Of a stretch of 24,000 bases of DNA, positions 15,878 to 24,000 are shown piece by piece. The position numbers and the translations under genes are program-made. The number at the start of each line of letters is the position of its first letter. The stretch's first letter is position 1. This DNA is from Bacillus sp. (in: firmicutes) (GTDB lineage: Bacteria; Bacillota; Bacilli; Bacillales; SA4), in NCBI GenBank assembly GCA_041611945.1, contig JBFILZ010000007.1:18110-42109 (forward strand). The letters are read 5' to 3'. The notes below the pieces were generated by a model, which was given only the letters and a program-made list of their open reading frames with translations, had not been told where the DNA came from and ran no database searches.

Positions 15878-16052
15878 GGCTCTGTTAAAGCTCCATGTTG
15901 ATTTTTTAAACAAAGTAACACTAGGAATCCACCTACTCACTCTTCCAAAATTAATATCTAAAATCTGAAAGCTCCAACATTTCTTGCTTGAAATTGTGTC
16001 AGCATCCTAGTGTGAACAAGATAAAGTGTAACTATTTCCATCAATAAGTTTC

Positions 16053-17528
16053 TCACATGTTAATAAATGCCTTCAGCTTATGCCTCTGTAGTTTATTTGT
16101 TGCATTCCTTGGTAGTTCATCCAAGAAATAAATAGATTTTGGTACTTTATATCTTGCTAACCTATCCATGCAGTACAACTGAACTTCTTGTGCAGTCAGA
16201 TTTTCTCCGACGATAAATGCAACAGGTATTTGTCCCCATTTTTCATCATCTATACCAATGACTCCAGCTTCCTTGATCGCTGAATGTGACATCAATACAC
16301 TTTCTACCTCTGCAGGGTAAACATTTTCTCCTCCTGAAATAATCAAGTCTTTCCTGCGATCCAACACATATAAAAAACCTTCTTGATCCAAATAACCAAT
16401 ATCTCCAGTTGAGAGCCAGCCATTCTGTATTGAATTCTCTGTTGCTTCCTCTTGATTATAGTACCCTATTGTAATCGTTGGACCCTTTACAAAAATTTCA
16501 CCATGCTTCATCGGTGGTTGTTCATTTCCCTCATACATGATTTTTGCCTGAGAATGAAACAATGGTTTTCCTACTGAACCAAGTTTACTCAAGCTATCCT
16601 CAGGAGATAGAGTAACTATTTGAGAAGAGGTCTCTGTCATTCCATACGTTTGATAAATAGGAATTGATAATTCCTTGCTTCTCTCGAGCAAAGATTTAGG
16701 AGCTGGACCACCACCTAAAAGTATACAACGTAAGCTTGTTGGATAACGGTTATTCATTCTATCAAGGTTGTTTATTAATTGTTGAAGCATCACGCCTACA
16801 ACAGATATAATTGTTACTTTTTCTTCTGATATTTCCTTATTCACCTGAATCGGATCAAATTGTTCATGTATGAGAACTGTCATCCCATAGATAACACTTT
16901 TCATTAAGATAGAAAGACCACTTACATGAAAAAAGGGGACACAGGCAAGCCAACAATCTTCTTGGTGTATCCCAAGATTTAAGGCTGAGCCAATGGCACT
17001 CCAATAATGATTCCCATATGAATGGATAACTCCTTTAGGATTTCCAGTAGTTCCAGATGTATACATAATGGTATCAGGGTCATCTAAATTGAATTCTTGT
17101 TGATAGTAATGAGGAGTCGGCGGTGTCTCAGTCTTGAGAACTGTATGCAGTGATAAGACTTGTATCCGTTCAGATTCTTTGATAGTCCCTTTTATGTCGA
17201 TATCACTTAATACAAATTTGACCTCAGCGTCGTTAATCTGCCATAAGATTTCCTTATCTGTTAGTCTAGTGTTAAGCAAAACCGTAACAGCCCCAATGTA
17301 TTTTAAAGCATGGATCACTTCAACCATTAAAATACTATTTTTTGAAAGAAGCCCAATTTTAGTTCCTTTTTTCACGCCTAAAACTTGTAGTTTAGCCGTG
17401 ATTTCGAGTACATTTTGATGGAGTTCATAAAAGGTGATCTCTTGTTTATTCATCTTAATTGCTATTCGCTCTGGTGTTAAAAAAGCTCTTTGCATTAACC
17501 AATTGGGCACAGCTTGATTGAATGTCAT
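16053..17528 (-). CDS. menE: O-succinylbenzoate-CoA ligase MenE
   Basis: 491 aa adenylate-forming enzyme with AMP-binding motif YTSGTTGNPKGV and TGD...GY.D..G. Context in the men cluster. SD GGAGGT upstream. Confidence 0.9.
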   Translation of the reverse strand: MTFNQAVPNWLMQRAFLTPERIAIKMNKQEITFYELHQNVLEITAKLQVLGVKKGTKIGLLSKNSILMVEVIHALKYIGAVTVLLNTRLTDKEILWQINDAEVKFVLSDIDIKGTIKESERIQVLSLHTVLKTETPPTPHYYQQEFNLDDPDTIMYTSGTTGNPKGVIHSYGNHYWSAIGSALNLGIHQEDCWLACVPFFHVSGLSILMKSVIYGMTVLIHEQFDPIQVNKEISEEKVTIISVVGVMLQQLINNLDRMNNRYPTSLRCILLGGGPAPKSLLERSKELSIPIYQTYGMTETSSQIVTLSPEDSLSKLGSVGKPLFHSQAKIMYEGNEQPPMKHGEIFVKGPTITIGYYNQEEATENSIQNGWLSTGDIGYLDQEGFLYVLDRRKDLIISGGENVYPAEVESVLMSHSAIKEAGVIGIDDEKWGQIPVAFIVGENLTAQEVQLYCMDRLARYKVPKSIYFLDELPRNATNKLQRHKLKAFINM

Positions 17529-17721
17529 ATTTTACTAGTACCTCCTACAATATTAATGTGAGAAAGAGGAGTAATCATTTTGATGAATTCTCTATTTTTG
17601 AATTGTAGTTAGAATGTGATATTTCAAGTGCTAAATAAAATTCCTTTCACTTCTAATAACTTATCAATTAATAATCTTTTCCCCGTCAATAGACTTCACC
17701 TTACATACCATATATTTTACT

Positions 17722-17753
17722 AATAAAAAAGCCTGATGGAAACCATCAGACCT
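17722..17753 (-). terminator. Rho-independent terminator between menB and menE
   Basis: Minus-strand RNA GGUCUGAUGG-uuu-CCAUCAGGCU followed by UUUUUUAUUA, 14 nt after the menB stop. Confidence 0.75.
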
Positions 17754-17766
17754 TGAATGAACTCTA

Positions 17767-18591
17767 TTAAGGAAAACGTGGGAACTGACCGAAGTCCGGA
17801 TCTCGTTTTTCTTTGAATGAGTCTCTACCTTCTTTTGCTTCTTCAGTTGTATAGTACAATAATGTCGCATCTCCTGCAAATTGCTGAAGACCAGCAAGCC
17901 CATCTGTATCTGCGTTCATCGCAGCTTTTATGAATCGAAGAGCTGTTGGACTCTTACTTAACATTTCATTACACCATTGAATCGTCTCTGCTTCCAATTG
18001 AGCAAGAGGAACAACTGTATTAACTAATCCCATATCTAATGCTTCTTGAGCATTATATTGACGACATAGGAACCAGATTTCTCTAGCCTTCTTATGTCCA
18101 ACAATTCGAGCTAAATAACCTGAACCATAACCAGCATCAAAACTTCCTACTTTAGGTCCTGTTTGTCCGAAAATAGCATTATCAGCAGCAATCGTTAAGT
18201 CACAAACAATATGTAGTACATGTCCTCCGCCAATAGCATAACCGGAAACCATTGCAATGACAGGTTTAGGAATTACTCGAATTAAGCGTTGTAAATCTAG
18301 AACATTTAGACGAGGAATTTGATCTTCCCCAACATATCCACCATGTCCACGCACTTTCTGGTCTCCACCAGCACAGAATGCATCATCACCAACACCTGCT
18401 AACACAATAACTCCTACATTGGAATCCTCACGAGCATAAGCAAAAGCGTCAATTAATTCTGTAACGGTTTTGGGACGAAACGCATTTCGAACTTCTGGAC
18501 GATTAATGGAAATTTTAGCGATTCCATTATATGTTTCATATAATATATCTTCGTATTTTCTTTCAGAAACCCACTCTACTTCAACTGTCAT
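17767..18591 (-). CDS. menB: 1,4-dihydroxy-2-naphthoyl-CoA synthase MenB
   Basis: 274 aa crotonase-fold protein. [28 protein letters not shown] is near-identical in pattern to B. subtilis MenB as I recall it. Its start overlaps the menH stop by 4 nt. Confidence 0.95.
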   Translation of the reverse strand: MTVEVEWVSERKYEDILYETYNGIAKISINRPEVRNAFRPKTVTELIDAFAYAREDSNVGVIVLAGVGDDAFCAGGDQKVRGHGGYVGEDQIPRLNVLDLQRLIRVIPKPVIAMVSGYAIGGGHVLHIVCDLTIAADNAIFGQTGPKVGSFDAGYGSGYLARIVGHKKAREIWFLCRQYNAQEALDMGLVNTVVPLAQLEAETIQWCNEMLSKSPTALRFIKAAMNADTDGLAGLQQFAGDATLLYYTTEEAKEGRDSFKEKRDPDFGQFPRFP

Positions 18592-19427
18592 ATTAATCCT
18601 CCTAATTGATTATGTTTTGAAAGGAACTCATTTACTATTTTACCAAAAAGATCTGGTTGTTCCACATGAATTGCATGTCCTACATTAGAAAATTTATAAT
18701 TTGTCGAATACAGGAGATATTTCTCGACCTCATCTGCAATGGCACAAAATTTTTCATCGAGTTTTCCACACAATAAAAGAACTGGAACTTTAATCGATGA
18801 CAATTTCCCCCAGTATGAATCTTGCCTTCCCGTCCCCATACCCCGCAAGCTATTAGATAAACCTAGCGTGCCATTACTCAACCTCTGTATTCTTATTCTG
18901 TCTTGTATTACTTGAGGTAATTTTTTTTGAGAACGAAATAAGGAAATTTCTTGCCAATTAGCAACAAAATCTACAATCCCATGGCTTAAGATATCACTAG
19001 CCAGTTTATCATCTGCAGTTATTCTTGCTTGTTTTGCTTCCTCTGATTGCAAGCCAGGGGAACTACTTTCTAAAATCAGAGATATTACACGTGAGGGATA
19101 CATAACAGAAAATGCAAGTGCCACTCTCCCACCCATCGAATACCCTAGAAAATGAGCTGCGTTAATTTCTAGTTTGTCGAGTAGAGTGTTTAGATCCCGG
19201 CAAACATGTTGCATCAGGTATCTTTCTGTATCTAAAGGTGAATCTGTTTTCCCATGTCCAATTAGATCAATCGTTATGACTGTAAAACGATCAGTTAGCT
19301 TTTTGGATAAGAATTCCCAATTTTCCTTACAGCCAGTGAATCCATGAAGAAGTACAATAGCAGGACCTCTCCCTCTTATCATATAGGAATAAGTAACACC
19401 ATTCAATTTTATGTACATATTATCCAT
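18588..19427 (-). CDS. menH: 2-succinyl-6-hydroxy-2,4-cyclohexadiene-1-carboxylate (SHCHC) synthase MenH (YtxM-like alpha/beta hydrolase)
   Basis: LLHGFTG oxyanion region and GYSMGGR nucleophile elbow. Position between menD and menB. Start is ambiguous between ATG 19427 and ATG 19418 (weak AAGGA SD). Confidence 0.85.
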   Translation of the reverse strand: MDNMYIKLNGVTYSYMIRGRGPAIVLLHGFTGCKENWEFLSKKLTDRFTVITIDLIGHGKTDSPLDTERYLMQHVCRDLNTLLDKLEINAAHFLGYSMGGRVALAFSVMYPSRVISLILESSSPGLQSEEAKQARITADDKLASDILSHGIVDFVANWQEISLFRSQKKLPQVIQDRIRIQRLSNGTLGLSNSLRGMGTGRQDSYWGKLSSIKVPVLLLCGKLDEKFCAIADEVEKYLLYSTNYKFSNVGHAIHVEQPDLFGKIVNEFLSKHNQLGGLI

Positions 19428-19430
19428 TCC

Positions 19431-21158
19431 TTAAAAGTGTAAATCAATATTTTCTACTACTTTGTCCCAAAGTTGACGATGAAGGACTACATTTTCATTA
19501 CGTGGAGCAGAGGGCACCTCAATAACCGATAAATTTTCTGACTTAAAACTAATTGAAAGAACAGTTTCAAACTCATCCCATGATTTGACTCTTGAAAAAC
19601 TTCCACCATACATCTCCACTACTTTTTGGTAATCTAAATCAATAGGTGTTCCGAATAAATGTTCAAAGTGTTTTTCTTCCTTAGCTTGTGGTAGAAAGGA
19701 GAAAATCCCACCACCATTATTATTCACAATAATAATAGTAATAGGTAATGAATACTGCTTACTAATTAATAGCCCATTTAAATCATGAAAAAATGTTAAG
19801 TCTCCAACTAAGAGAACTAGTCTTTTTTCATGCGTATTAATACCTAGTGCCGTTGAAATAGTACCATCAATCCCATTTGCACCTCTGTTTGCAAACATTC
19901 TAATATTTTTTTCGTTAGCAAAGAAAAACGTATCAATATCACGGATAGGCATACTATTACCAATAAATAAGCTCATCTTATCTTCTAGTTTCGGTACCAA
20001 GTACCTTACTACATCGCCTTCAAAATAAAATTCAGTTAGCTTTGACTGTAAGATTGGTTTGGTAATCTCATTAGCTTTCTTCCATTTACTAAGATATTCA
20101 CTTCTTTTTTCTCTTCTATGTAGGAGTGTGACTTCTTTACAGAAATCAATTTCATTCATATATATAAAATGCGTAGCAACCATAGTAGGGTCTCTCCTAC
20201 CCTCTGCTTCATCAATAACCAAATGAAAAGTAGCTTGTGACTGTGAAATCAATTGCGTCAATAATTTCGAAACAGGCATTGCTCCGAACCGAATAATCAC
20301 ATCAGGTTTTAATACTTCGAATAATTTCTTGCTTTTTAATATGGAATCGTAGCAATCAATGATCATTTCTTTAGAATGAATTCCACTTCTCAACTGTGAT
20401 AGAGGATCGGCAATGATAGGGAACCCTAAATGCTCTGCAAGTTCTGTCACAGCAAAAGCAAACCCATTTCGATCTTGGGGTCCGCATACAATAATTCCGT
20501 TTTCGAATTTTTGAAGCTCCTTTAGTATCGGAACAAGTTTTTTGGGTAATGTATCTTTATCTCTGCTAATAACTTCTTTTCTTTGCCAAGCCTTGTCCCA
20601 AGTCAATTCTTGAAAATTCGGAACAAGTGGTTCTCGTAGAGGAAAATTCAAATGAACGACTCCTTCAGGTGAAGAAGTAGCTGTAAAAACGGCCCTACTG
20701 GCCACATTACTAGCATAATTGAGCATGTTAGGAGTATCTTCTGGTATTCCCATTTCCACAAACCATTTACTATATTTTCCGAACAGATTAATTTGATCTA
20801 TTGCTTGAGGTGCGCCGACATCTCTTAGCTCATGTGGACGATCAGCTGTTAGTACGATTAATGGAATTCTCGAATAAGTAGCTTCTACGATTGCTGGATA
20901 ATAATTGGCTGCAGCTGTTCCAGATGTACATAATAGTGCGACAGGTCTAAGTGAAGCCTTTGCTATACCTAAGGCGAAAAATGCTGCTGATCGTTCATCG
21001 ATATTAATCCATATTTTTAATAATGGGTGCTCAGCCATCATTAAGGCAAGTGGAGTCGATCTTGATCCCGGGCTGATCACCACATCCTCAACACCTGATT
21101 GAACCATTTCCCCTATAAAACTTGATAAATAATTTGTAAGAGCTGTATTACTACTCAT
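19431..21158 (-). CDS. menD: SEPHCHC synthase MenD (ThDP-dependent)
   Basis: 575 aa. N-terminal PGSRSTPLA and the ThDP-binding motif GDLTFFHDLNGL...NNNGGGIF. SD GGAGGAA upstream. Overlaps the menF 3' end by 8 nt. Confidence 0.93.
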   Translation of the reverse strand: MSSNTALTNYLSSFIGEMVQSGVEDVVISPGSRSTPLALMMAEHPLLKIWINIDERSAAFFALGIAKASLRPVALLCTSGTAAANYYPAIVEATYSRIPLIVLTADRPHELRDVGAPQAIDQINLFGKYSKWFVEMGIPEDTPNMLNYASNVASRAVFTATSSPEGVVHLNFPLREPLVPNFQELTWDKAWQRKEVISRDKDTLPKKLVPILKELQKFENGIIVCGPQDRNGFAFAVTELAEHLGFPIIADPLSQLRSGIHSKEMIIDCYDSILKSKKLFEVLKPDVIIRFGAMPVSKLLTQLISQSQATFHLVIDEAEGRRDPTMVATHFIYMNEIDFCKEVTLLHRREKRSEYLSKWKKANEITKPILQSKLTEFYFEGDVVRYLVPKLEDKMSLFIGNSMPIRDIDTFFFANEKNIRMFANRGANGIDGTISTALGINTHEKRLVLLVGDLTFFHDLNGLLISKQYSLPITIIIVNNNGGGIFSFLPQAKEEKHFEHLFGTPIDLDYQKVVEMYGGSFSRVKSWDEFETVLSISFKSENLSVIEVPSAPRNENVVLHRQLWDKVVENIDLHF

Positions 21159-22557
21159 ATAACTTTCCTCCTATTGCTGTCAGCATAGGTTTTAACTTAA
21201 TTTGGGTTTCTTCATATTCTTTAATCGGCTCAGATTTTTCTACAATTCCACATCCTGCAAAAAGCGCCGCTTCTTTAGCTTGAATTAGCCCCGACCTAAT
21301 AGCTACTGCAAACTCTCCATTCCCTTCCGCATCAATCCACCCTATTGGTCCAGCATACCACCCACGGTCCAATAATTCATGCTCTCTAATTGCGTGTAAT
21401 GCCTTATCTTGGGGGAATCCTCCCAATGCAGGAGTTGGATGAAGTCGTTTAACAATAGATAATAAATGAACATCATCTGTTACATTTCCGATGATGGGAG
21501 TATATAGATGTTGAATATTCTTCGCTTTAAAAATAGTAGGATGATCTGGCTTAGTCACATTTAGACAAACTTTATTCAGCTCATCTGAAATCATTTGAAC
21601 AACAAATTGATGTTCCTTAAGATTTTTACTATCACCAAGTAATGTTTTCTCTAATTTCCTGTCCTCTTCACTAGTATCCCCTCTTTTTATCGAGCCTGCT
21701 AAACATGTGGAGAGAATCCGCTTACCCTCTTTTTTAAGTAAACGCTCAGGAGTAGAACCAATAAAGGTCGAATTACCACTTTCAATAGCAAATACATAGC
21801 TATTTGGTTGATTTTCTTGAAGGTGAAACAAAATAGATGATATATTGAATTCTTCATTTGAATGTAGTTTTAGCTCTCTTGCAAGTACTGCCTTTTCAAG
21901 TTTCCCCTGATTTATCTGTGAAATAACGGTATCTACAGACTTCATCCACTCATCGACTTCAACTTCATTTTCTGTGAAATCATGCAAACTTGAATAATTT
22001 TGTCCCTTGCGAGAATTTATCAAGAGTTGCCGTCTATTCTCTTCAATTTTCTTGTGGACATTATTGGGCTCATCTAAGGAAGTAACAATGACATTTACCG
22101 TTAACCAAGTGTTATCGTTTTCAATAGTAAGCATATATTTGGGTAAATAAAATTTAGATTCAGAAAAATCCTTCCAAAGATCTGTACTTTCTTTCTTTGG
22201 ATCAAATGAAAAACCACCAAAGAGTAATGGACCAATTATTGATCTATTACTAATAACAGATGATTGCAACAAGTTATCCCACTTTTCTTTTACCTGGCCA
22301 AATCGATTTGTTGAAGAATCAAATGTTTCAATAATTTGTGCTGCACCTAATCCAACATACGTAATTTGCTGGTTAGGCTCCTTCCAAAAAAAGCGTTCTC
22401 CAGTAAATAAATCCTTACCTGCCTTATAAAATAGGATAGGGTCAATAGAATCAATATTCGTTGTAGAGCTAATAAGAATAGGCTGTCCACATCTTTTTGA
22501 CTTATTAATTCCTTCCACGATAACACCCTGAATTGAACTTTGTTGAATGGTTACCAT
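21151..22557 (-). CDS. menF: Isochorismate synthase MenF
   Basis: 468 aa chorismate-utilising enzyme with motifs GSTPERL, HPTPALGG and GWYAGPIGW. First gene of the men operon. SD GGGGGA upstream. Confidence 0.92.
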   Translation of the reverse strand: MVTIQQSSIQGVIVEGINKSKRCGQPILISSTTNIDSIDPILFYKAGKDLFTGERFFWKEPNQQITYVGLGAAQIIETFDSSTNRFGQVKEKWDNLLQSSVISNRSIIGPLLFGGFSFDPKKESTDLWKDFSESKFYLPKYMLTIENDNTWLTVNVIVTSLDEPNNVHKKIEENRRQLLINSRKGQNYSSLHDFTENEVEVDEWMKSVDTVISQINQGKLEKAVLARELKLHSNEEFNISSILFHLQENQPNSYVFAIESGNSTFIGSTPERLLKKEGKRILSTCLAGSIKRGDTSEEDRKLEKTLLGDSKNLKEHQFVVQMISDELNKVCLNVTKPDHPTIFKAKNIQHLYTPIIGNVTDDVHLLSIVKRLHPTPALGGFPQDKALHAIREHELLDRGWYAGPIGWIDAEGNGEFAVAIRSGLIQAKEAALFAGCGIVEKSEPIKEYEETQIKLKPMLTAIGGKLYE

Positions 22558-22619
22558 GCAAATCCCCCTATACCTTGTAAATCTATATCCATTCTTTTAT
22601 TCTTTTAATTAACTATATA

Positions 22620-22648
22620 AAAATACACCTGACAAACTTTGCTGTCAA
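22620..22648 (-). promoter_or_regulatory. Candidate sigma-A promoter of menF (TTGACA - 17 nt - TATTTT on the minus strand)
   Basis: Reverse complement of 22620-22648 reads TTGACAGCAAAGTTTGTCAGGTGTATTTT, about 60 nt upstream of the menF ATG. Confidence 0.4.
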
Positions 22649-22763
22649 TGGATTACACTTTAATTAAACCGTTATCTTTCTATTGTATATTGTTTACTCA
22701 TTTCCATAAAGGAAAACGTTTCAAATGTTGTAAAATCATGATGATTATTCCTATATAAAAACG

Positions 22764-22792
22764 TTGACACACCAATGGTCTTCTCCTAAACT
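22764..22792 (+). promoter_or_regulatory. Candidate sigma-A promoter of menA (TTGACA - 17 nt - TAAACT)
   Basis: -35 TTGACA at 22764-22769, a 17-nt spacer, -10 TAAACT at 22787-22792. It lies about 38 nt upstream of ATG 22830. Confidence 0.5.
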
Positions 22793-22829
22793 TAATATGA
22801 ATATTAGAAAGTACAAAGGTGGGGCTTAT

Positions 22830-23762
22830 ATGCAACCAGAAACAACAAGGAGACCAGAAAAAATTCCAAAAAAAATTAATTGGCGTGTTTGGTGGACATT
22901 AACAAGGCCACATACACTTACAGCAGCTTTTGTACCGGTTTTTATCGGAACAGCATTAGCCTTGCCGTATACAAATATAAATGTAAACTTATTTATTATG
23001 ATGTTGCTCGCCTGCTTAATTATTCAGGCAGCTACAAATATGATAAATGAGTACTATGATTATAAAAGAGGTTTAGACCATGAAGGCTCTGTTGGCATCG
23101 GAGGAGCTATTGTGCGTGACGGAATGAAGCCTGAAACTGTATTGAATTTGGCTTTTATATTATTTGCAGTCGCAGCTTTTATCGGAGTATATATCTGTAT
23201 CCAAACAACCTGGTGGTTAGCAGTAATTGGTACTATATGTATGGCAGTAGGGTATTTTTATACAGGTGGACCGGTTCCAATAGCCTATACTCCTTTCGGA
23301 GAATTAGTAGCCGGCTTATTTATGGGAAATATAATTATTTTACTTTCATTCTATGTTCAATCAGGTACTGTTACATTAGAGAGTGTACTCGTCTCTATGC
23401 CTATTTCAATTTTAGTTGGTGCCATATTATTAGCCAATAATATTCGTGACTTAGATGGTGATAAAGAGAACGGCAGAAAGACAATTGCTATACTTGTTGG
23501 GAGAAAAAAGGCAATTACATTACTTGCTTCCATGTTTTCAGTTTCATATTTATGGGTGATAATATTAATCCTGTTAGAAATATCATCTCCATGGTTATTA
23601 TTAGTAATGCTTAGTGTACCAAAGTCCATTCAAGCGACAAAAGGCTTTATTGGAAAATCACTTCCACTTCAGATGATGCCGGCCATGAAAGCAACAGCTC
23701 AAACTAATACACTTTTTGGATTATTACTCTCAATAGGATTAGTGATTTCATATTTGATTTAA
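22830..23762 (+). CDS. menA: 1,4-dihydroxy-2-naphthoate polyprenyltransferase MenA (UbiA family)
   Basis: UbiA-family Asp-rich motifs NMINEYYDYKRGLD and NNIRDLDGD in a polytopic protein. Start moved to ATG 22830 (310 aa) because the SD AAAGGTGGGG lies just upstream; the track's TTG at 22764 coincides with the -35 hexamer. Confidence 0.9.
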   Translation: MQPETTRRPEKIPKKINWRVWWTLTRPHTLTAAFVPVFIGTALALPYTNINVNLFIMMLLACLIIQAATNMINEYYDYKRGLDHEGSVGIGGAIVRDGMKPETVLNLAFILFAVAAFIGVYICIQTTWWLAVIGTICMAVGYFYTGGPVPIAYTPFGELVAGLFMGNIIILLSFYVQSGTVTLESVLVSMPISILVGAILLANNIRDLDGDKENGRKTIAILVGRKKAITLLASMFSVSYLWVIILILLEISSPWLLLVMLSVPKSIQATKGFIGKSLPLQMMPAMKATAQTNTLFGLLLSIGLVISYLI

Positions 23763-23764
23763 GG

Positions 23765-23792
23765 CAACCTACATTCTGTAGGTTGTTTTTTT
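23765..23792 (+). terminator. Rho-independent terminator of menA
   Basis: CAACCTAC / GTAGGTTG stem with loop ATTCT, followed by TTTTTTT, starting 3 nt after the stop. Confidence 0.85.
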
Positions 23793-23872
23793 AATTAATG
23801 CCATGATTTCGTCCTATTATGTACATACTAACAATGCAGAACCAATTAACTTCTTATTAAGGAGGGAAATGA

Positions 23873-24000
23873 ATGATTAGCGCTCTCCAACTGAAGAAAT
23901 TACAAGATCAACTATTACTCGAAAAAAAGACAATTGAAAAACGTTTTGAACAATATGGACACTATGGACTAGAGCAAGGTGCATTCCATGAATCAACTGG
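23873..24000 (+). CDS. YteA-family (DksA/TraR-like) protein, N-terminal 42 codons; continues beyond the right edge
   Basis: SD AAGGAGGG 6 nt upstream of the ATG. MISALQLKKLQDQLLLEKKTIEKRFEQYGHYGLEQGAFHESTG has the coiled-coil N-terminus and HES.GELS-type region I recall from B. subtilis YteA. Synteny next to menA agrees. Confidence 0.6.
   Translation, partial: MISALQLKKLQDQLLLEKKTIEKRFEQYGHYGLEQGAFHEST

Noticed and set aside
15757-15921. 54-aa minus-strand ORF (GTG start, AGGTGGA SD-like) in the menE-mntA spacer
   Set aside because: It would have to be translated through the 18-bp perfect terminator hairpin. Its sequence is largely dictated by the palindrome, so it is most likely fortuitous.
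17529-17582. 17-codon upstream ORF (MITPLSHINIVGGTSKI) whose TGA overlaps the menE ATG (ATGA); considered as a leader peptide
   Set aside because: There is no SD in front of it. Its sequence contains the menE SD itself (GGAGGT), which explains the open frame, and it has no regulatory codon run.
22630-22647. Inverted repeat TGACA-N8-TGTCA overlapping the menF -35; considered as an operator
   Set aside because: The arms are only 5 bp long, and one arm is simply the TTGACA -35 hexamer. This is insufficient to claim a binding site.
23795-23830. CATACTA (23824-23830) upstream of the yteA-like gene; considered as a forespore sigma-G/F -10
   Set aside because: The corresponding -35 (GCCAT/CCATG at the right spacing) is a poor match to GnATA/GCATA. 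The idea is plausible but not supportable from sequence alone.
1-24000. Searched for CRISPR repeats, IS or transposon ends, integrase or recombinase genes, tRNA/rRNA, toxin-antitoxin pairs and defence-system-like gene clusters
   Set aside because: None were seen. There are no regularly spaced direct repeats, no long terminal inverted repeats, no tRNA-like cloverleaf candidates, and every large ORF has a housekeeping assignment. The window looks like conserved core chromosome.

Overview
This window is low-GC Firmicutes (Bacillaceae-type) core chromosome. Gene order matches my recollection of the B. subtilis 'yt' region. Left to right: a threonine aldolase 5' part (-), a small membrane protein plus an amidase-signature enzyme (+), and folE2 (GTP cyclohydrolase IB, +). 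Then luxS (-) divergent from yidD/ytjA (+), and an orphan Zur-controlled ZnuA-type zinc-binding lipoprotein (+). Next come an unlisted 52-aa Cys-rich DUF1540 gene (-), a YthA/YthB-type cytochrome bd oxidase (+), a 51-aa acidic ORF (+) and a DmpA/S58 aminopeptidase (+). The right half holds mntABCD (-), the menaquinone operon menF-menD-menH-menB and menE (-), divergent menA (+) and the start of a yteA-family gene (+). I see no rRNA, tRNA, CRISPR array, transposase, integrase, phage or defence-type genes, and no compositional island. I do not think this window carries a new multi-gene system. What is worth a second look is regulatory and small-scale. Three metalloregulator-type operators lie within about 10 kb: tandem Zur boxes, a perfect but orphan Fur box, and an MntR-like box. 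The Fur box lies between two convergent gene ends and may drive an antisense or small RNA opposite the DUF1540 gene. folE2 has a 17-bp perfect palindrome at its promoter instead of a Zur box. MntC carries a degenerate DtxR/MntR-like cytoplasmic tail. There are two orphan minus-strand terminators with no annotated gene upstream of them. The men locus lacks menC and has a terminator between menB and menE. All calls rest on reading motifs by eye; no database search was run.
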